Of a DNA stretch of 64,000 bases, positions 10,143 to 20,362 are shown piece by piece. The notes under the pieces are model-generated. The model saw nothing but the letters and a program-made list of their open reading frames with translations. It did no database searches and was not told the origin of the DNA. Source of the stretch: Chloroflexota bacterium (GTDB taxonomy: Bacteria > Chloroflexota > Dehalococcoidia > Lucifugimonadales > UBA3495). The translations under genes and the position numbers were made by a program. The stretch spans positions 32,001 to 96,000 of the forward strand of contig JAQBVF010000005.1 in assembly GCA_027623675.1 (NCBI GenBank). Direction: 5' to 3'. The stretch's first letter is position 1; each line of letters starts with the position of its first letter.

Positions 10143-10153
10143 CTGCTGAAGCT

Positions 10154-10372
10154 CTATTCTTTAGCACCCAGATCCGTGGAGTTCCGGTCCGGCCGGTCCA
10201 CGCTTTTCAGTCGCCGGGCCAACTGCGATCTAGCCAGTAGCACGTACCGCCCACATTCTTGGCAGGTCATGCCGATGTCCGCGCCCAGTCTGTTGACCGT
10301 CCAAAGCGACCCGCCGCAGGGATGGGGCTTCTTCATTCGGAGGACGTCGCCGATCTTCAGGTCCAGCGGCAT
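10154..10372 (-). CDS. DUF951 family protein
   Basis: GD...MKKPHPCG..W...R.GADI...C..CGR. Confidence 0.9.
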   Translation of the reverse strand: MPLDLKIGDVLRMKKPHPCGGSLWTVNRLGADIGMTCQECGRYVLLARSQLARRLKSVDRPDRNSTDLGAKE

Positions 10373-10375
10373 CTC

Positions 10376-11215
10376 TTAACTTCCGAATCCCTTGCCGGCG
10401 GCATCAAGCACCTGGTTGATACTCTCCCGGAGTTTGTCCGCCTCGCGGGCCGCTGCCTCGGCGAAATCGGACCCGCTGGAGGCGTAGATGATCCCGCGGG
10501 AAGAATTTATCAACGCGGCCCTTCCCCGGCTGTTCGTGCCAAAACTCACCGCCGCTTCCAGGTCGCCTCCCTGCGCTCCAACTCCCGGTATCAGCAGGGG
10601 CATTTCGGGGCACTCCGCCCGGACTTCCCGCAACTGTTCCGGCACGGTCGCGCCGACCACCAAACCCAGGTTTCCCTTGGTGTCCCATCCCCGGCAGGCG
10701 ATGGCCATGTTCCGGTACAGGGGCATCTGCCCCGCGTCCGTCACGGTCTGAACATCTTGGAAATCGGCCGAGCCCGGATTGGACCCGCGGCACCAGACAA
10801 AGACACCCTTTGCTTCGTCTTCTAGAAACGGTGTTACGGTATCCTGGCCGCCCCAGGCATTGATGGTGATGGCGTCGAAACCCCACACATCGAATAAGGC
10901 TGTGGCGTAAGCTTGGGCGGATGGGCCGATATCCCCCCGTTTGGCGTCGCCGATGATGATGACGCCCGGCGCCGCGCTCCGGATGTGGGCGATGGTCTTC
11001 TCCAGGTCTCGCAGGCCGGGCAGCCCCAAAGCTTCATAGAAGGCCAGGTTGGGTTTGTAGGCGCAGACCAGCGAGGCGGTGGCGTCAACTATGGCCCGGT
11101 TGAACTCGTAAACACCGGGCGCCGGCATCCGGGACGGATCGGGGTCCAATCCCACGCAGACCAAGCTCTGGGCCGCCTGGGATGCCATTTCCAACCGGTC
11201 GGTAAAGCCGCTCAT
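10376..11215 (-). CDS. pyrF: Orotidine-5'-phosphate decarboxylase
   Basis: CVGLDP, YKPNLAFYE, DAKRGDIG, GLVVGAT, LIPGVGAQGG, NSSRGI. Confidence 0.96.
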   Translation of the reverse strand: MSGFTDRLEMASQAAQSLVCVGLDPDPSRMPAPGVYEFNRAIVDATASLVCAYKPNLAFYEALGLPGLRDLEKTIAHIRSAAPGVIIIGDAKRGDIGPSAQAYATALFDVWGFDAITINAWGGQDTVTPFLEDEAKGVFVWCRGSNPGSADFQDVQTVTDAGQMPLYRNMAIACRGWDTKGNLGLVVGATVPEQLREVRAECPEMPLLIPGVGAQGGDLEAAVSFGTNSRGRAALINSSRGIIYASSGSDFAEAAAREADKLRESINQVLDAAGKGFGS

Positions 11216-11359
11216 CGCGCTCCTTGTTCCTCCAAGATATTCGCCTTCGCCAAGTGCGAAAAGTATACACGACACCGTTTCCGGCGCCGCTGCCCTCCGC
11301 GCTTTCGTATTGCCGCGATTCCACGGGGTTGTTACCATATCCCACGCTGAAGCAGGAGG

Positions 11360-12094
11360 GTGACATTGGACCTGGGAACCGATCTGGTCGAGGGAATTTT
11401 TCTCGAGCGGGTGAACCGTTTCCTGGCCCTAGTTGAAGTCGGCGGACTGGAAGTTGGGGTGCACGTCGCCAACTCGGGCCGGATGAAAGAGTTGTTCATC
11501 CCCGGTTGCCGGGTGTTCGTGCGCCCCGTCGCCGGCGCCCACCGTAAGACCAAGTTCGACCTGGCCCTGGTGGACATGGGCCACGCGCTGGCGTCCTCCG
11601 ACGCCCGGACGCCCAACCCCTTGGTGGCTGAGGGCGTGGCCACCGGTCATCTGGACCGATTCGCCGGGTTCTCAGACATTCGGATGGAGGTCACCTTTGG
11701 CGACAGCCGGTTCGACCTCATGCTCCGCAACCCGTCTATCCAGGGTCCTGCCGGCACGTGCTATATCGAGGCCAAGTCTGTAACCCTCGTCGAGAAGGGT
11801 ATCGGCCTGTTCCCCGATTCCCCCACCATCAGGGGCGCCAAGCATCTCCACACGTTGGAGACGGTGGTCCAAGCTGGACACCGGGCCGCGGTGGTGTTCG
11901 TGATCCAAAGACCAGATGCCACCGCCTTCGCCACCAACGACCCGGCGGACCCTGTCTTGGCCCAGGCTTTCCAGTCGGCGTTGTCGGCTGGCGTCGAGGC
12001 CTACGCCTACAACTGCCAGGTGACCGAGAGAGTCCTGCGGCTGGACAAGCCACTCCCGATCCTGGACTACACGAAGGCCCTGGGAAATGCTTAA
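11360..12094 (+). CDS. sfsA: SfsA DNA/RNA nuclease (sugar fermentation stimulation protein)
   Basis: R.NRF, H.ANSGRM.EL, SRFD, E.KSVTL, FPD.PT.RG.KHL. Confidence 0.93.
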   Translation: MTLDLGTDLVEGIFLERVNRFLALVEVGGLEVGVHVANSGRMKELFIPGCRVFVRPVAGAHRKTKFDLALVDMGHALASSDARTPNPLVAEGVATGHLDRFAGFSDIRMEVTFGDSRFDLMLRNPSIQGPAGTCYIEAKSVTLVEKGIGLFPDSPTIRGAKHLHTLETVVQAGHRAAVVFVIQRPDATAFATNDPADPVLAQAFQSALSAGVEAYAYNCQVTERVLRLDKPLPILDYTKALGNA

Positions 12095-12797
12095 CGGAAA
12101 CCCTGCCAGCGCCGGGATCACCGCCAGGCTATTTGACATCTATGACCGGTTCCATGCGGCATACGGGCCGCAGAATTGGTGGCCCGGCGACGGCCCTTTT
12201 GAAGTGATCGCCGGCGCCATACTGACCCAGTCGGCCGCCTGGACCAACGTGGAGATGGCCCTGAAAAACATGCGGGCGGCGGGCTGTTGGTCGTTTGAGG
12301 CCGTGCACCGGACCCCCGAAGCCGAGCTGGCCCAGTTGGTGCGGTCGTCGGGCTACTTCAATGCCAAGGCCCGCAAACTGAAGGCCTTCGCCGACCATGT
12401 GATGGCCAACTACCAGGGAAACCTGGACCGGTTCCTGTCTGAACCCCAAGGCCCCCTGCGCGACGAACTGCTCTCCATCCACGGCATCGGCGAGGAAACG
12501 GCTGACGACATCATGGTCTACGCCGCGGGCCAGGCGTCTTTCGTCATTGACACCTACACCCGACGGATCATGGACCGCATGGACCTGACGCCGGTGGCCG
12601 CCCGTCCCAAGTACGCCGACTACCAGGCCGTCTTCCACATCAACCTGCCGGCCGATACCCAACTGTTCAACGAGTTCCACGCCCTGTGGGACCGCCACGC
12701 CAAAGAGGCCTGCACCAAAACCTCCCCCCGCTGCCAGGGTTGCTGCCTCTTGGACATCTGCCCCACCGGAGCCTCCCGCCCCCAAGCCGAGGGCTGA
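12087..12797 (+). CDS. Endonuclease III-like HhH-GPD protein with 4Fe-4S motif
   Basis: YGPQNWWP, GAILTQ..AW.NV, LLSIHGIGEETAD, C....P.C..C.L...C; overlaps the sfsA stop. Confidence 0.92.
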   Translation: MLNGNPASAGITARLFDIYDRFHAAYGPQNWWPGDGPFEVIAGAILTQSAAWTNVEMALKNMRAAGCWSFEAVHRTPEAELAQLVRSSGYFNAKARKLKAFADHVMANYQGNLDRFLSEPQGPLRDELLSIHGIGEETADDIMVYAAGQASFVIDTYTRRIMDRMDLTPVAARPKYADYQAVFHINLPADTQLFNEFHALWDRHAKEACTKTSPRCQGCCLLDICPTGASRPQAEG

Positions 12798-12805
12798 AAG
12801 CTAAA

Positions 12806-12834
12806 TTGACGCCTGATGCGCCCAGGGCTATGAT
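12806..12834 (+). promoter_or_regulatory. Putative sigma70 promoter for the cupin/hydrolase pair
   Basis: TTGACG-17 nt-TATGAT. Confidence 0.6.
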
Positions 12835-12874
12835 GCGCCAATCACCCTGATTCCCTGCACCCAACGGAGGCCCA

Positions 12875-13225
12875 ATGCAAGTAGTCCGCATCTACAGTGG
12901 AGACGACGGCGAGTCCCATTTCCAAGAGATCGACCTGCCCTTCGAGAGATTGGCTGAGGCCGAGCGCACGGCCCTTGAGAATGCTGAAAGCATCCATTTC
13001 CGCCGCTACCAGCCGGGCGGATTCCTGGAATGGCACACCGCGCCCCGCCGCCAATACGTGATAACTCTGGAAGGCCAGGTTGAAGTCGGCCTGGGCGACG
13101 GCACCAAGCGTGTCTTCAGCGCCGGCGATGTGATCTTGGCCGACGACCTGACCGGCCACGGGCACACCACGGCGGTCCACGGCGGCAAGGTCCGCGTCTC
13201 GGTGGCTATTCCCCTAGCTGACTAA
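12875..13225 (+). CDS. Cupin-domain protein
   Basis: RIYSGDDGESHF, WHTAPRRQYVITLEG, GD..LADD.TG.GH. Confidence 0.88.
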   Translation: MQVVRIYSGDDGESHFQEIDLPFERLAEAERTALENAESIHFRRYQPGGFLEWHTAPRRQYVITLEGQVEVGLGDGTKRVFSAGDVILADDLTGHGHTTAVHGGKVRVSVAIPLAD

Positions 13226-13256
13226 ACAACTTATCAACGAAAAAAAGAGATCAACC

Positions 13257-14066
13257 ATGCCATTTGCCAAGATTGACGACACGCTTGAGATGTACTACGA
13301 GGACGATAACTTCTGCGATCCCTGGCGTAAGCCAGAGACCGTGGTGCTGCATCACGGCAATGCCAAGAACGCCCGGTTGTGGTACGCCTGGGTGCCGCTG
13401 CTGTCCCGCCAGTACCGTGTGGTCCGCCTGGACGCCCGCGGCTTCGGCCGGTCCTCCGTTCCGCCCGAGGGTTACGACTGGTCGCTCAGCAACTTCGGCG
13501 CCGATCTGCTGCGCTTGCTGGACCTGCTGGAAGTGGACAAGGTCCATTACATCGGCGAGACCATCGGCGGGACGATCGGGCTGCAGTTCGCCTACGACCA
13601 TCCGGAGCGGGTGCAGACCCTGACGGCCTGCACGTCGCCTTTTAACTTCGCCGGCGTTGACACCTACAAGGACCACTACAAGCTGGTCAGCGAAGCGGGG
13701 GTTGCCGCCTGGGTCCAGAAAACCGCCGAGCGCAGGTTGGAACCTGGAAAGTCGGACCCGGCCCACCACCAGTGGTACATCGAGCAGATGTCCCAGACCG
13801 AGAAGAGGGTGGTGTTGGAAACCCTGGCCTACCTGGTCACCCAAGACCTGACCGACCTGCTGCCCCAGATCAAAACCCCCACCTTGGTGTTGGCCTCGGA
13901 ACAGAACGCCAGGGACAACCCGGACCGCACCAAGCTCTTCGCCGAGAAGCTGGCCGATGGCCGGTTGGTGGCCATTCCCGGCACCAGCGGCTACGTGCAG
14001 CACTCCGCCCCCGAAGAATGTGTCCTAGCTTGGCGTCAATTCCTGGGCGAGATCAGCGGCAGGTAG
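13257..14066 (+). CDS. Alpha/beta-fold hydrolase (atypical catalytic motifs)
   Basis: VVLHHG, DARGFGRS, GETIGG, I.TPTLVL. Confidence 0.88.
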   Translation: MPFAKIDDTLEMYYEDDNFCDPWRKPETVVLHHGNAKNARLWYAWVPLLSRQYRVVRLDARGFGRSSVPPEGYDWSLSNFGADLLRLLDLLEVDKVHYIGETIGGTIGLQFAYDHPERVQTLTACTSPFNFAGVDTYKDHYKLVSEAGVAAWVQKTAERRLEPGKSDPAHHQWYIEQMSQTEKRVVLETLAYLVTQDLTDLLPQIKTPTLVLASEQNARDNPDRTKLFAEKLADGRLVAIPGTSGYVQHSAPEECVLAWRQFLGEISGR

Positions 14067-14115
14067 GTCAGCCGCCTTCCTCAATCGAATTAAAAAGTCC
14101 CCTACCCCATGCGTG

Positions 14116-14224
14116 GGGGAGGGGACTTTCTTCGCCATGGGTGGACTCAAGGATGGAGTCGGTGAAGCGGCTTTCCAGGAAGGGGAATCGGTCGGGCCGA
14201 GGCCCATGTTCAGGCAGGTCCCGG
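14116..14224. repeat. Degenerate copy of 14656-14763 (SDR 3' end plus downstream flank)
   Basis: Manual alignment: about 23 mismatches and 1 gap over 109 nt; shared blocks GTGAAGCGGCT and GTTCAGGCAGGT. Confidence 0.8.
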
Positions 14225-14266
14225 CCCTTCGATCGTCAAGCCGTCATGTCGTTCGCCGAGCCTCGG

Positions 14267-14341
14267 CTATGCATTCACCAGGTAGATGTAGGTTGCCATG
14301 ACGATGATTCCCAACGAAACTCCCTTCGATATAGTACGCAT
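14267..14341 (-). CDS. Putative 24-aa hydrophobic small protein MRTISKGVSLGIIVMATYIYLVNA
   Basis: Below ORF-track cutoff; GGAGG(GGG) RBS upstream; single TM-like stretch. Confidence 0.4.
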   Translation of the reverse strand: MRTISKGVSLGIIVMATYIYLVNA

Positions 14342-14713
14342 CAGCTTCCCCCTCCGCGAGGCGGGTCCATCGCTCGTCGCGGCGCTCTCAGATATTCTAT
14401 TCAGCACCGCGATGATATCTTGGCAATGTCAATCGGACGTCAATCGCCTGTCATGACTTCGTAAGAAAAACCGATTTTCAGCTTCGAAATGGCCCGGCCC
14501 AAATAACTAGACTCTGTCCCCCGGGGGGCAACAGTACTCCAAATCTAACGCCCCGACACATACTTTGCCGAGCGCCGGTTCTATCGAGCGTTCTCGGCGA
14601 TGCCTGGCAACCACCCCGATGCATCGGAGACCCTAACCCTCGCCTAGGCGCATTTGGGGAGGGGATTCCTTCGGGATGGACGGACTCAGGGATGGGCTCA
14701 GTGAAGCGGCTCC

Positions 14714-15490
14714 CTAGAAAAGGGAACGGGACTGGCCGCCGTCCACGTTCAGGCAGGTGCCGGTGATCAGGTTGGCGTTCTCGGAAGCCAAGAAGGCGAC
14801 GGTGTCCCCGATGGGCTCGGGCCAGCCAAACTTGCCGGCGGGCAGGTTCCGGTCGATGAAATCTGCAACCTGTTCCGGTGTGCTGTTCTTCTGGAACCGG
14901 TCCCAACTGCTGCCCGGGAAGTCGATGGAGCCGGGGGCGATGCAGTTGACCAGCACGTTCTCCTTCATCAGATTCAGCGCCAGATGCTTGGAGAAAGCGA
15001 TCAATGCCGCCTTGCCGGTCATGTAGTCGACGGAGCCGCCGTACTCCCGGCCGTAGATGGACGAGATGCTGATGATTCGGCCCCAGCGCTGTTCCCGCAT
15101 GTGGGGCAGCACCAAGGAGATCAACTCCACGGGGCTCATCAAGTTGAATTCTATGCCCTCGCGGAAGGTTGCCACGCCGGTCTCCTGGAAGTCGGCGCCA
15201 CCCTTGCGTCCGCCGGCGTTATTCACCAAGATGTCGGCTTGGCCCAGGGTTTTGATCGTCTCATCGTGGAACCGGACGAGGTCCTCTTTCTTCATGACGT
15301 CGGCCTGTACCGCCAGTACCTCGTATCCCTTGCCCGCGAGTTCGGCGGCGGTTTCGTCCAACTGCTCTTTGCCCCGGGCGCAGATCGAGACCTTGCAGCC
15401 CTCTCTCCCCAGAGCCTCCGCTGCCTGCTTGCCCAGTCCGTGACTGCCTCCGGTGATCATTGCGACTTTGCCTTGCAGCGCCAAGTCCAT
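14714..15490 (-). CDS. SDR-family oxidoreductase
   Basis: TGGSHGLG, NNAG, Y...K (YMTGK), VN.IAPG, VDGG. Confidence 0.95.
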   Translation of the reverse strand: MDLALQGKVAMITGGSHGLGKQAAEALGREGCKVSICARGKEQLDETAAELAGKGYEVLAVQADVMKKEDLVRFHDETIKTLGQADILVNNAGGRKGGADFQETGVATFREGIEFNLMSPVELISLVLPHMREQRWGRIISISSIYGREYGGSVDYMTGKAALIAFSKHLALNLMKENVLVNCIAPGSIDFPGSSWDRFQKNSTPEQVADFIDRNLPAGKFGWPEPIGDTVAFLASENANLITGTCLNVDGGQSRSLF

Positions 15491-15710
15491 TGCCGCCTCC
15501 TGTAATGCTTGCTGAATCGTTTGGTTTCTGGTTGTTTATCCCGGCCACCCGGTGCATCCGCCAGCCACCGGCGGTCAGGGCACAGGGATTATAGATGCAG
15601 CAAGCGCCTGTTGCACGCACCCGTTGAACGCGCCACTCGGGCCAGAGATTCCGCGCCGGGCCGGTGGGCTATAATTGGCCGCAGATATTTGCGGGGGTAC
15701 AAGAATCCGT

Positions 15711-16916
15711 ATGCTAGCGCTCGAAGGCATCAAGGTATTGGATTTCTGCCGTAACGCGCCAGGCATGTTTTGCACCATGATTCTGGCTGACCTGGGCGCT
15801 GAGGTCCTGATGATCGAGCGGCCCATGGACGAGGCCCGTTCCGCCTACGAAAAGATAGTCGCCGGCATCGACGGCCCGGAAGACGAACGCCGTCACGCCG
15901 CGTTCAACGCACTGCAGCGAAACAAACGCAGCATCGCCCTCAACCTCAAGGAACCCGAAGCTCAACAGATATTCCACAAGCTGGCCGAAACCGCCGACGT
16001 AGTGGTGGAAGGGTTCCGCCCTGGCGTCATGGACCGTCTGGGTGCGGGGTATGAGCAGGTCAAAGCCATCAATCCCAGGACGGTGTATTGCTCGGTGTCC
16101 GGTTACGGCCAGGACGGCCCCTACGCTCAGATGGCCGGACATGACATAAACTACATCTCTTTCGCCGGCGCCCTGGGACTGATCGGTCCCGAAAACGGCA
16201 GGCCGTCGATACCGCTGAACCTCATCGCCGACTACGCTGGGGGCGGCCTGTGCGGCGCGGTAGGCATCCTGGCGGCCCTGACGGCGCGGAACAAGACCGG
16301 CGTTGGCCAGTACGTGGACATCGCGATGAGCGAGGGCGTGCTCTACATGCTTTCGGGACTGATAACCGATGTGCAGTCGCAGGGGACATCGGCAGCGAGA
16401 GGCGGCAACCGGCTGAACGGCGGAGCGCCCTACTACAATGTTTACCAGACCAAAGATGGCAAGCATTTCTCCATCGCGGCGATCGAGCCGTGGTTTTGGG
16501 AGAACCTGTGCCAGGCCCTGGATCTGCCCGGTTTGCTGCCCCACCAAAACGCCACGGGCGCGAAGAAGGCCGAGGTTGAAGCGGCGCTGGCGGCCGCCTT
16601 CTTGACCAGGACCAGGGATGATTGGTTCGAGTTGCTGAAGGAAAAGAACATCTCGGTGGGCAAGGTCTACTCGCTGGAAGAGGCGTTGGATGACCCCCAC
16701 GCCCGGCACCGGAACATGGTGGTGGAGCTGGAATCCCCCGACGTTCCCGGGGGCAAAGTGCGGCAGGTGGCGACGCCGATCCATCTGTCGGAGACCCCCG
16801 GCAAGGTGCGGCATCTCGGCTCGGTAACCGGACAGCACACCTGGGAGGTGCTCAAGGAATTAGGGTTCGACGCGGCCGCCGCCGCCGATCTGTCTCGCCG
16901 CCAGGTAGTACAGTAG
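15711..16916 (+). CDS. CaiB/BaiF family III CoA-transferase (AMACR-like)
   Basis: LADLGAEV, RNKRSIALNLK, EGFRPGV, GYGQDGP, GHDINY, ADYAGG. Confidence 0.95.
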   Translation: MLALEGIKVLDFCRNAPGMFCTMILADLGAEVLMIERPMDEARSAYEKIVAGIDGPEDERRHAAFNALQRNKRSIALNLKEPEAQQIFHKLAETADVVVEGFRPGVMDRLGAGYEQVKAINPRTVYCSVSGYGQDGPYAQMAGHDINYISFAGALGLIGPENGRPSIPLNLIADYAGGGLCGAVGILAALTARNKTGVGQYVDIAMSEGVLYMLSGLITDVQSQGTSAARGGNRLNGGAPYYNVYQTKDGKHFSIAAIEPWFWENLCQALDLPGLLPHQNATGAKKAEVEAALAAAFLTRTRDDWFELLKEKNISVGKVYSLEEALDDPHARHRNMVVELESPDVPGGKVRQVATPIHLSETPGKVRHLGSVTGQHTWEVLKELGFDAAAAADLSRRQVVQ

Positions 16917-17139
16917 GGCCTTTCAGTCTGTCTGCCAGGCTGCCCGCTTGGGACACGAAAACAGGCTCCGGGCATGCTATACTAATCCGGCTCAAAAATG
17001 CCCTATCCGGCGACAGAGCACGTCCGGCAAACCGCAGTAGGTAGATAACACGCCAGGTCTATTATCAAGATAAGACCGGCAATCAAACCCGCTTAACCGG
17101 GCCGGTGGAGCCGGTCCCATCAAGCTTCAGGGAAATCAG

Positions 17140-18285
17140 ATGATTAAGCGTTTCTCAGTTCTATACGTCGGCCAGATCGATCTGGAAGACGTGGGCGCCG
17201 GAGGCCGCGCGCCAGACGACCGCCGCTACTCCAACGAGCAGTTGGCCCAGGCCTACGACCACGCTTTGGCCCTGGCCAAGCAGATGGACACCTCTGGGTT
17301 TCACACTCTGTGGATGGCCGAGCACCACTTCCAGACGGAAGGCTACGAGTGCATCCCAAATCTTACACTGCTGGGTACCCACTTGGCGGCGCATACCAAG
17401 AACCTAAAGTTCGGCGCGTCGTTCAACATCGTGCCCATGTGGCATCCGCTGCGCCTGGCCGAAGACTTTGCCATGGGGGATATCCTGACCGGCGGCAGGC
17501 TGGTCTTTGGCATCGGCCGCGGCTATCAGGCCAGGGAGGTCGAGACCTTTGGGTCTCCGCTCATTGACCAGGACGCCAACCGGGAGTTATTCGAAGAACA
17601 GGTTGAGATTATCCTCAAGGCTTTCAACGAGGAGAATTTCAGCCATCACGGCAAACACTACGACATCCCGCCCGACGTCCCATACCGGGGTTACCAATTG
17701 AAGACCATCACCGTGGTGCCCAGGCCCATCCACAGGCCGGTGGAGATCTGGCAGCCGATGACCAGCGGCCGCAGCATCGAATTCATCGCCAAGAAGGGCA
17801 TCAAAGGCATGACTGCCCTCAGCGGCGAGAAGGTTGTGGAGCAATTCTTCAACACCTACCGGGACGCTGCTGAAGCGGCGGGCCGGAGCCTAACTCTCGG
17901 GCAGGATATGTCCCTGGGATTCGGTTTTTATATCGCCGACACCCAGGAAGAGGCCATCGAACGGGTACGCCCGTTCCACGACGAGCGCTACAAGTGGTTC
18001 GCGCCCTTCGGCTTGGTCCGCTATGTCGACGAGCAAGGCCGCATGTGGGGCAGCCCCGGAGCGCCCGCCCGCACTCCCCAGGTGGAAGACGGCGTGCAGC
18101 AGAAAGCTTGGATCTGCGGTCCTCCAGAGCATTTCATCGAAACCCTGCGGGAGATGGAGGAGAAATACCCCGGCCTGGAAGATGTCTTCCTGCAGTGGCC
18201 TGAGGGTATGCCCTGGAGCGAGCTTAGCTCCCAACTTGAGATATTCTCCCGGGAAGTTATGCCGGCGTTCGCAAACCGGGCCTAA
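17140..18285 (+). CDS. LLM-class (luciferase-like) flavin-dependent oxidoreductase
   Basis: W.AEHHF, WHPLRLAED, GR..FGIGRGY. Confidence 0.94.
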   Translation: MIKRFSVLYVGQIDLEDVGAGGRAPDDRRYSNEQLAQAYDHALALAKQMDTSGFHTLWMAEHHFQTEGYECIPNLTLLGTHLAAHTKNLKFGASFNIVPMWHPLRLAEDFAMGDILTGGRLVFGIGRGYQAREVETFGSPLIDQDANRELFEEQVEIILKAFNEENFSHHGKHYDIPPDVPYRGYQLKTITVVPRPIHRPVEIWQPMTSGRSIEFIAKKGIKGMTALSGEKVVEQFFNTYRDAAEAAGRSLTLGQDMSLGFGFYIADTQEEAIERVRPFHDERYKWFAPFGLVRYVDEQGRMWGSPGAPARTPQVEDGVQQKAWICGPPEHFIETLREMEEKYPGLEDVFLQWPEGMPWSELSSQLEIFSREVMPAFANRA

Positions 18286-18348
18286 CCGGGGCCCGGCGGC
18301 CGGCTCAAACACGAGCTTAAGAAGAAGCACCGATCGGAGGGCACGCCT

Positions 18349-19644
18349 TTGGCGGATCCCGAACATACATCACTGGCAAGGTCAGGCGCCAGCGCGATCT
18401 CACGCTGGCGGGAGGCCACCTGGCGCAGCCCCAATACCCAGTTGCCCAAGTTCAGTTTGGGCTACCGGCTGGAAGACCGGGGCGCCGGTGAAACCTTCAT
18501 GCCCGACTACATCTATGGGAGACCGTCGCTGAACCTCTCGGGTGCGATGCTGAGCGCGGCCAAATTGGCCGGAGCAGACCTGGTCCACGACGACCTCAGC
18601 GGCGCCGACCTGACCGGCTCCGACCTGCGGCAGGCGGACCTTTCCGGGGCCAACCTGCAAGGAGCCCATCTCTGGCGTTCCAATCTGACGCGGGCCAAAT
18701 TCATCGAAGCCAACATGGTGGGCTGTACCCTGGGCCGGACGAACCTGTCTTACGCCGTGTTGACCAGGGCGGACCTAAAAGGGGCGGACCTCTCCAACGC
18801 CAATCTCACCTACGCCGATCTGGAACGGGCCGATCTTTCCGGGGCCGACCTTTCCCAGTCAGACCTCTCTTGGAGCAACCTGAGCGGGGCCAATCTCAGG
18901 GACGCCAAGATCATCGGCGCCAATCTGGACATGGCCGACCTCACTGGTGCCGACCTCCGGGGGGCCGTCATCATCAAGACCAAGCTCAACAGCACCGGAT
19001 TTTCCGGGGCGGTCTGCGGGGTGACCATCTTCGCCAACTGCGACCTCACCCGCGCAATCGGCCTGGAAGACATGCGCCACTCGGGTCCCAGCATGATCTC
19101 TCTGGACACGCTGTCCCGCTCCAAAGGCCAGGTGCCGCCCAGATTCCTTGAGGGCGCCGGTGTGGCGCCGGAGTTGATCGCCGCCCAAAACAGCATCCGG
19201 TCATTTGGTCCGGCCTACACCCGGGTGTTGGTGCTGGGGTCGGAGAACGACGAGGAGCTTGCGAACAAGATCAGGGCCAGTCTGGCGGAGGCGAATGTGC
19301 CGAGCTGGATGATTGCGGCTGACGATGAAGCGTCGCTGCAATCCGGGGCGATCACTCTGGACAAAGCGGTCTATTACGACCGTCTGGTGCTTCTTTGCAC
19401 CGCCGGGTCCCTGCAGAACCCCCACAGCAGCCGGTACTTTTCCAGTCTGATGAACGGGTCGGGGTTCGCCTTGGGAGACCTGGTCACGGTGGCGGCCGAC
19501 GACATCCTCTACCAACGTGAAGACCGCCTTTGCTCGGGGCTGCGGGATGGGATAGTAGTGGATTTCCGAGGCTGGGAAGACGAAGCCAAGTACGCCGAAG
19601 CTATATCTGCCTTGATCGGAGAGATCGCGGGTCCGTCCTTCTAG
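18349..19644 (+). CDS. Pentapeptide-repeat protein with degenerate C-terminal TIR-like domain
   Basis: Long A(D/N)Lxx array at about 18530-19000; C-terminus resembles TIR_2 ([16 protein letters not shown]). Confidence 0.85.
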   Translation: MADPEHTSLARSGASAISRWREATWRSPNTQLPKFSLGYRLEDRGAGETFMPDYIYGRPSLNLSGAMLSAAKLAGADLVHDDLSGADLTGSDLRQADLSGANLQGAHLWRSNLTRAKFIEANMVGCTLGRTNLSYAVLTRADLKGADLSNANLTYADLERADLSGADLSQSDLSWSNLSGANLRDAKIIGANLDMADLTGADLRGAVIIKTKLNSTGFSGAVCGVTIFANCDLTRAIGLEDMRHSGPSMISLDTLSRSKGQVPPRFLEGAGVAPELIAAQNSIRSFGPAYTRVLVLGSENDEELANKIRASLAEANVPSWMIAADDEASLQSGAITLDKAVYYDRLVLLCTAGSLQNPHSSRYFSSLMNGSGFALGDLVTVAADDILYQREDRLCSGLRDGIVVDFRGWEDEAKYAEAISALIGEIAGPSF

Positions 19645-19678
19645 GGCCGCCCATTTCCCCGGCGCCGGCTTCCCGCGG

Positions 19679-20023
19679 CTACTCTACGGGAGTGCCCTCG
19701 GCCAGCATCAAGCACGCCTCCCCCCATTGGTTCGGGTTGGCCAGGTCCCATTCTTCCTCTAACTCGGCTGGCTGCAAGCGCAACCCCTCGTCACCGCCGT
19801 ATACCAGCAGCACCACGCCCTCTCCCGAGTCTTCGGCCGGGGCCGACATTGCGGTGCAGGGTCCTTGCGCGCTCCAACCGGTCACCCGGCACCAAAGGTC
19901 GTCTCCCATGGGGTTGGTGGCGTAGACACGGACCACCTCGATGGGATCGGACAGCAGATCGAACATCCGGTGCAGGTCCAGCGGGCTGTTCTCACCACCG
20001 GCGACTTCCACTTCAACCAGCAT
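19679..20023 (-). CDS. Hypothetical acidic protein (114 aa)
   Basis: ATG with GGAG upstream; no family recognised. Confidence 0.7.
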   Translation of the reverse strand: MLVEVEVAGGENSPLDLHRMFDLLSDPIEVVRVYATNPMGDDLWCRVTGWSAQGPCTAMSAPAEDSGEGVVLLVYGGDEGLRLQPAELEEEWDLANPNQWGEACLMLAEGTPVE

Positions 20024-20362
20024 CTATCTCTGCTCCAACATATCTATCATCTTCGTCCCGGTCTGGACCCTCCACCGGAGATATTATCATCCGCAGCCCT
20101 CCTACAGGTAAGAGCGAGCATCCGATTCCGCATCTGGTTCCAAACCTGATCTATTGAAGCACCGATGAGTGAAGCGACCGGCTGGCAGGGTCCAATGCAA
20201 TGGTCCGGGGGCCGATCGATTCGATACCCAAAGGGCCGTCTGAATGGACCCCTTAGGACAGAAATTTGGTTGCATCTGAGAAATACCTGAATGACACGTA
20301 ATGAGATTGACCAGAGCGGTTGGCCCGGCAACCCATAAGTGGGCGGCTGCCAGAGGATGCGG

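Noticed and set aside
17026..17050. c-di-GMP-I riboswitch (GGCAAACC motif)
   Set aside because: The following GNRA stem and second conserved block are absent
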